Of a stretch of 64,000 bases of DNA, positions 59,139 through 64,000 are shown piece by piece. A program made the translations under genes and the position numbers. The notes below the pieces were generated by a model. That model was not told where the DNA came from. It ran no database searches and saw nothing but the letters and a program-made list of their open reading frames with translations. This DNA is from Thermoanaerobaculia bacterium (GTDB taxonomy: Bacteria > Acidobacteriota > Thermoanaerobaculia > UBA5066), in assembly GCA_963816185.1 (NCBI GenBank), contig CAWFJJ010000025.1, positions 320,001 to 384,000 of the forward strand, written 5' to 3'. The first letter of the stretch is position 1. Each line of letters begins with the position of its first letter.

Positions 59139-59807
59139 ATGTCGTACGTCGAGAAGAACCTCGCCCCGGGAGAGGATCTCCTGCTGAGGGCGCGGTATCA
59201 CTGGGTGAGGTTCGTTCCGGGCGCGTCGGTCGCCGCCCTCGGCGCGGCTCTCGCGGCGGCGAGCGTCTTCTTCGTTCCGGCCGGGGCGGAAGGGACGGAC
59301 TCCCCGCTCAGGACCGCGCTTTTCGTCGTCGCCGCCGTCCTCTTCATCGCCGGCGGCGTCGCCATGGCCTGGCGCGCCCTCGTCGATTCCTTCGATGAGT
59401 TCGCCATCACGTCGTTTCGGGTCATCAAGAAGAGCGGGTTCGTCACGCGGACCGTGCGCCAGATTCCGCTCGAGAAGATTCAGGACGTGAACGTGCGGTC
59501 GACGCTCGGGGGCCGCTGGCTCTCCTACGGCGACGTGGAGCTGCAGACCGCCGGGAGCGACAGCACCGTCGTCTTTCCGCGCATCCTCCACCCGGAAGAG
59601 TTCCGCAACGTGCTGTTCACGCACACGCGCCCGCAAGGCGCCGGAACCGACGGGCTCGGCGGGCGCGTCCCAAGTTCGCCGTCCGCGCAGCCCTCGCGCG
59701 CCTCGGTCGAGGAGCGGCTCAAGGAGGCGGAGCGGCTCTACAAGACGGGAGTCCTTTCCGAGGCGGAGTACCAGGTGAAGCGCCAGGCTCTGATCAAGGA
59801 GCTGTGA
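59139..59807 (+). CDS. Bacterial PH-domain membrane protein with C-terminal SHOCT
   Basis: AITSFRVI, IPLEKIQDV, YGDV; GVLSEAEY..KR..L. Confidence 0.8.
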   Translation: MSYVEKNLAPGEDLLLRARYHWVRFVPGASVAALGAALAAASVFFVPAGAEGTDSPLRTALFVVAAVLFIAGGVAMAWRALVDSFDEFAITSFRVIKKSGFVTRTVRQIPLEKIQDVNVRSTLGGRWLSYGDVELQTAGSDSTVVFPRILHPEEFRNVLFTHTRPQGAGTDGLGGRVPSSPSAQPSRASVEERLKEAERLYKTGVLSEAEYQVKRQALIKEL

Positions 59808-59843
59808 GGGCGCTAAGATCCGCGCCTGGGAGAAGATGCGGCC

Positions 59844-60689
59844 GTGACGCGCTACGCCCCCGCCCCGCCGAAGCCGATCGCCGCGGGCGCCGGCGAGCTC
59901 GTCCCCCTCGACCCCGACCATCCCGGCTTCCGCGACGCGGTCTACCGCGCGCGCCGAAACGAGATCGCCCGCATGGCGCTCGCGTACCGAGAGGGCGATC
60001 CGCTGCCGCGCGTCGCGTACACGCCCGAAGAAGAAGAGGTCTGGCGCGCGGTGTGGGAGAAGCTCGGGCCGCTGCACGAGCGCCTCGCGGCGGCCCCGTG
60101 GAGGGAGAGCGCCGACGCGCTTTCCCTCGATCGCACGAATGTGCCGCAGCTCGCGGATGTGAGCGAGACGCTGCGGGCGGGCTCCGGCTTCCGGATGATT
60201 CCCGTGGCGGGGCTCATCTCGGGGCGCGGGTTTCTCGGCGCGATGGCCGAGAACGTGTTTCTTGCGACGCAGTACGTGAGACACCACAGCGTACCCCTCT
60301 ACACCCCCGAGCCGGACGTCGTGCACGAGCTCGTGGGCCACGCCGCCGGCCTCTTCCACCCGGACATCGTCCGGCTCTCGCGCCTCTTCGGCGAAGCCGC
60401 GCGCCGCGCCGGCGAGGCCACGATGAAGCGCCTCGAACTCGCGTACTGGTACACAGTGGAGTTCGGCGTCATCGAGGAAAAGGGGAAGCTCAAGGCATGG
60501 GGCGCGGGGCTCCTGTCTTCGTTCGGCGAGCTGGGCGACCTCCAGAGGCATCCGAATCTCGTCCCGTTGGACCTCGAGGTCGCGTCGCGCACGCCTTACG
60601 ACCCGACGCAGTATCAGAAGACGCTTTTCGTGTCTCCGTCGTGGGACCGCATGGTCGCCGACGTGTCGGACTGGTTGAAGACGATCTGA
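59844..60689 (+). CDS. phhA: Phenylalanine 4-monooxygenase
   Basis: DHPGF.D..YR.RR, YTPEPD..HELVGH, YWYTVEFG, GAGLLSS.GEL. Confidence 0.9.
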   Translation: MTRYAPAPPKPIAAGAGELVPLDPDHPGFRDAVYRARRNEIARMALAYREGDPLPRVAYTPEEEEVWRAVWEKLGPLHERLAAAPWRESADALSLDRTNVPQLADVSETLRAGSGFRMIPVAGLISGRGFLGAMAENVFLATQYVRHHSVPLYTPEPDVVHELVGHAAGLFHPDIVRLSRLFGEAARRAGEATMKRLELAYWYTVEFGVIEEKGKLKAWGAGLLSSFGELGDLQRHPNLVPLDLEVASRTPYDPTQYQKTLFVSPSWDRMVADVSDWLKTI

Positions 60690-60723
60690 GGCGCCCGCTT
60701 CGCCTCCCCTAAACTCCGGGGCC

Positions 60724-62022
60724 TTGGCCGCGTCCCGTCCTTACGAGGCCCTTCGGCACCGCGACTTCCGCCGTATGGCCGTCTCGATGCTCGTGTCCCT
60801 CGTCGGCACGCAGATGCAGAACGCCGCGATCGACTGGCACGTCTGGGTCCTCACGCGCTCGCCTCTGGCGCTCGGCTTCGTGGGCCTCGTGCGCATCGTT
60901 CCGATCGTGGCGTTCTCGCTCGTCGGCGGCCTCGTAGCGGACCGGCGAGACCGGCGCCGCGTCCTCGTCGTCACGCAGTCCTCGATGACGCTCGTCGCGC
61001 TCGCGCTCGGCACCGCGACGCTCTTGGGGCGCGATTCCGTCGGGCTCGTCTATCTCCTGACGGCGCTCACCTCCGCGGCCGGCGCGTTCGACAACCCCTC
61101 CCGCCAATCCCTGATCCCGCGTCTCGTGCCGAAGAAGGATCTGCCCGGCGCGCTCTCGATCATGTTGTCGTCCTTTCAGCTCGCGTCCATCGGAGGCCCC
61201 GCGCTCACGGGACTCGTGCTCGCCGGAGCGGCAGCGACCGGACCGGCGCCGACGTCGCACGCACATGCCGGCGGCCTCGCGCTCATCTATTTTCTCAACG
61301 CCGCGTCGTTCCTCGGCGTCCTCTTGACGCTGGTCACGCTGAAGACGTCAGGCGAGATCGTGCGTGCCGAAGGAGCGTCCGAGCATCCGATCACGTCCCT
61401 CAAGGAAGGCCTGCGTTTCGTCTTCACGACGCCGATCCTCGTCTGGACGATGACACTCGACTTCTTCGCGACGTTCTTCGCGGGCTCGATGACGCTCCTT
61501 CCGATCTTCGCGGACCAGATCCTGAAGGCGGGACCGGCGGGATACGGCTGGCTGCGCGCGGCGCCCGGAATCGGGGCTCTGCTCGGGTCGGTGTGGGCCT
61601 CCGTGCACGGCCTGCCGCGGAGGCAGGGGCGCGTTTTCCTGTGGGCGGTCGCGGCATACGGCGCCGTGACGATCGTCTTCGGCCTTTCGCGGAGCTTTGT
61701 CCTCACCTTCGCCGCGCTCGCCCTCGTCGGGCTCTCGGACACGATCTCCACGGTCGTGCGCCAGGCCGTGCGGCAGCTCGGCACGCCCGACGCGCTTCGC
61801 GGTCGGATGACGGGCGTGAACATGGTCTTCTTCATGGGCGGCCCGCAGCTCGGCGAGCTGGAGGCCGGTTTCGTCGCGAGCCTCTTCGCGTCGGCGGCGC
61901 TCGGGGCGTCCGTCGCGGTCGTCTCGGGCGGCGTCGGGACGCTCCTCGTCGTCGCATTCGTCGCGGCGCGCGCGAAGGTGGTGCGCGACTACGACTGGAC
62001 ATCCTTGTCCTCGACGCCTTGA
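60724..62022 (+). CDS. MFS transporter (EntS/DHA3-like)
   Basis: GG.VADR.DRR, TPDALRGR, about 12 TM helices. Confidence 0.85.
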   Translation: MAASRPYEALRHRDFRRMAVSMLVSLVGTQMQNAAIDWHVWVLTRSPLALGFVGLVRIVPIVAFSLVGGLVADRRDRRRVLVVTQSSMTLVALALGTATLLGRDSVGLVYLLTALTSAAGAFDNPSRQSLIPRLVPKKDLPGALSIMLSSFQLASIGGPALTGLVLAGAAATGPAPTSHAHAGGLALIYFLNAASFLGVLLTLVTLKTSGEIVRAEGASEHPITSLKEGLRFVFTTPILVWTMTLDFFATFFAGSMTLLPIFADQILKAGPAGYGWLRAAPGIGALLGSVWASVHGLPRRQGRVFLWAVAAYGAVTIVFGLSRSFVLTFAALALVGLSDTISTVVRQAVRQLGTPDALRGRMTGVNMVFFMGGPQLGELEAGFVASLFASAALGASVAVVSGGVGTLLVVAFVAARAKVVRDYDWTSLSSTP

Positions 62023-62033
62023 TATCGTCGAAG

Positions 62034-62074
62034 GGAAGAGGAAGAGGAAGAGGAAGAGGAAGAGAAGAGGAAGA
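62034..62074. repeat. (GGAAGA)n tandem repeat, about 7 units, purine-only
   Basis: Read directly; one unit lacks a G. Confidence 0.9.
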
Positions 62075-62098
62075 TTTTCTTAGAAAGGGGAAGAGAGG

Positions 62099-64000
62099 AT
62101 GGGGAGAATATTCATCGCGGCGGCCGCGCTCGCGATCGCCCTCTGCGCGCAGGCGTCGCCTGAGCCGATGCCCAATCCCCCTTCTAAGAAAAATCCATCA
62201 TCACCCTTTGCTTCACCAGCAGCAGGCACAGCACCGGCGAACCCCTCTTCTTCCGAAACAGAAAAGAAACCTCTTACGCTTTCCGACGAGCTCGCCGGCC
62301 TCCAGTTCCGCAACATCGGCCCCTTCCGTGGCGGGCGCGTCACGGCCGTGGCCGGCGTCCCCGGCCAGCCGCTCACGTTCTACTTCGGCGGCACGGGCGG
62401 CGGCGTGTGGAAGACGACGGATGGAGGCGCGAGCTGGGACAGTGTGTCGGACAAGTTCTTCAGGACGGGCTCCGTGGGCGCGCTTGCCGTGGCGGACTCG
62501 GATCCGAATGTGATTTACGCGGGGATGGGCGAAGGCTGCATCCGCGGCAATGCCTCCGCGGGCGACGGCGTCTGGAAGTCCACGGACGCCGGGAAGACGT
62601 GGGCTTACGCGGGCCTGAAAGACACGCAGCAGATTCCGCGCGTCCGCGTGCACCCGAAGAACCCCGATCTCGTCTACGTCGCGGCGCTCGGGCACACGTG
62701 GGGCCCCAACCCCGAGCGCGGCATCTTCCGTTCGCAGGACGGCGGGAAGACGTGGAAGAAGATTCTCTTCGTGGACGAGAAGACCGGGGCGTCCGATCTC
62801 GTCATGGATCCCGTGAACCCGCGCGTCCTCTACGCGGGCTTCTGGCAGGTCGGCAGGAAGCCGTGGACCCTGGAGAGCGGCGGACCGGGCGGCGGCCTCT
62901 GGAAGACGACGGACGGCGGCGACACGTGGAAGAAGCTCGCGGGCGGGCTGCCCGAGGGCGTCGTGGGGCGCGTGGGCGTCGCGGTGTCCCCGGCGCGGCC
63001 CGAGCGCGTGTGGGCCGTCGTCGAGGCCGAGAAGGGCGGCGTCTTCCGAACGGACGACGGCGGCGAGACGTGGAAGAAGCTGAACGACGAGAACAAGCTC
63101 CGGCAGCGCGCCTGGTATTACTCGCACGTCTACGCGGACCCGAAGAACGCCGACGCCGTCTACGTGCTGAACGTCGCGTTCTTCCGGTCCGGCGACGGCG
63201 GGAAGACGTTCGATCCCATCCGCACGCCGCACGGCGACAACCACGACCTCTGGATCGATCCGAACGAGCCGGGCCGCATGATCGAAGGCAACGACGGCGG
63301 CGCGACGGTCACGTTCAACGGCGGCGTGAGCTGGTCGTCGCTTCTGAACCAGCCGACGGCGCAGTTCTATCGCGTCACGACCGACGACCGCTTTCCCTAT
63401 CGCGTCTTCGGCGCCCAGCAGGACAACACGACGGTCGAGATCCTGAGCCGGACGCGCGGCAGAAGCATCGGCCCGGGCGACTGGCATGCCGTGGGCGGGT
63501 GCGAGAGCGGCTGGATCGCGCCGAAGCCGGGCGACCCCGACGTCTCCTTCGCCGGCTGCTACGGAGGTGCGATCGACCGCTACGATTTCCGGACGGGCGA
63601 GAAGCGGAACGTCGTCGCGTGGCCGCAGCTCGCGGTCGGGCAGGCGCCGAAGGACCTGAAGTATCGCTTCCAGTGGAACGCGCCGATTCTCATCTCCCCC
63701 CACGACCCGAAGACTCTTTATCACGCCGCCCAGGTCCTCCTGAAGAGCACGGACGACGGCGCAACGTGGCAGGAGATCAGCCCCGACCTCACCCGGAACG
63801 AGAAGGACACGCAGGGCTACTCCGGCGGCCCGATCACGCACGACAACACGGGCGTCGAGGTGTACGGCGTCATCTTCGCGCTCGCGGAAAGCCCGCACGA
63901 GGCGGGCACGATCTGGGCGGGTACGGACGACGGCCTCGTCCAGCTCACGCGCGACGGCGGGAAGAACTGGCGGAACGTCACGCCGAGCGGCCTGCCCGAG
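62099..64000 (+). CDS. Exported VPS10/BNR-repeat glycosyl-hydrolase-like protein, runs off the window
   Basis: ATG at 62099, signal peptide, FRNIGPFRGGRVTAVAG, repeated K(T/S).DGG.TW, RFQWNAP. Confidence 0.85.
   Translation, partial: MGRIFIAAAALAIALCAQASPEPMPNPPSKKNPSSPFASPAAGTAPANPSSSETEKKPLTLSDELAGLQFRNIGPFRGGRVTAVAGVPGQPLTFYFGGTGGGVWKTTDGGASWDSVSDKFFRTGSVGALAVADSDPNVIYAGMGEGCIRGNASAGDGVWKSTDAGKTWAYAGLKDTQQIPRVRVHPKNPDLVYVAALGHTWGPNPERGIFRSQDGGKTWKKILFVDEKTGASDLVMDPVNPRVLYAGFWQVGRKPWTLESGGPGGGLWKTTDGGDTWKKLAGGLPEGVVGRVGVAVSPARPERVWAVVEAEKGGVFRTDDGGETWKKLNDENKLRQRAWYYSHVYADPKNADAVYVLNVAFFRSGDGGKTFDPIRTPHGDNHDLWIDPNEPGRMIEGNDGGATVTFNGGVSWSSLLNQPTAQFYRVTTDDRFPYRVFGAQQDNTTVEILSRTRGRSIGPGDWHAVGGCESGWIAPKPGDPDVSFAGCYGGAIDRYDFRTGEKRNVVAWPQLAVGQAPKDLKYRFQWNAPILISPHDPKTLYHAAQVLLKSTDDGATWQEISPDLTRNEKDTQGYSGGPITHDNTGVEVYGVIFALAESPHEAGTIWAGTDDGLVQLTRDGGKNWRNVTPSGLPE

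Overview
High-GC (about 70% by eye) bacterial DNA. The gene content (BNR/VPS10 secreted proteins, phhA, M28 peptidase) suggests an Acidobacteriota-like organism, which is an inference only. About ten apparent frameshifts point to an unpolished long-read assembly. Four blocks are visible. (1) 1-3.5 kb: a dynamin-like GTPase and an alkaline-phosphatase-superfamily lipoprotein. (2) 3.5-21.3 kb: a minus-strand metal/oxyanion/redox island with 2 ArsR, Crp/Fnr, MarR, an RND pump, FmdE, TauE, CDF, 2 DUF318 permeases, 3 thioredoxins, CcdA and a CHR pair, plus readable operators. (3) 30.4-49 kb, the best candidate for an undescribed system: a locus with four CYTH/triphosphate-tunnel-like proteins (one secreted), a secreted family I pyrophosphatase, an OprO/P porin, PiT + DUF47, a DASS transporter, an orphan PhnD-like sensor and two NtrC-type two-component systems. 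It has three sigma54 promoters and two distinct tandem palindromic enhancer motifs, and is plausibly a sigma54-controlled condensed-phosphate (PPi/PPPi/polyP) scavenging system. (4) 21-30 kb and 49-64 kb: housekeeping and secreted enzymes. A recurrent AT-rich palindrome, YTTCTNAGAAA, appears five times at 52-62 kb, four of them inside coding sequence using rare codons. No rRNA, tRNA, CRISPR array, integrase or transposase was recognised.
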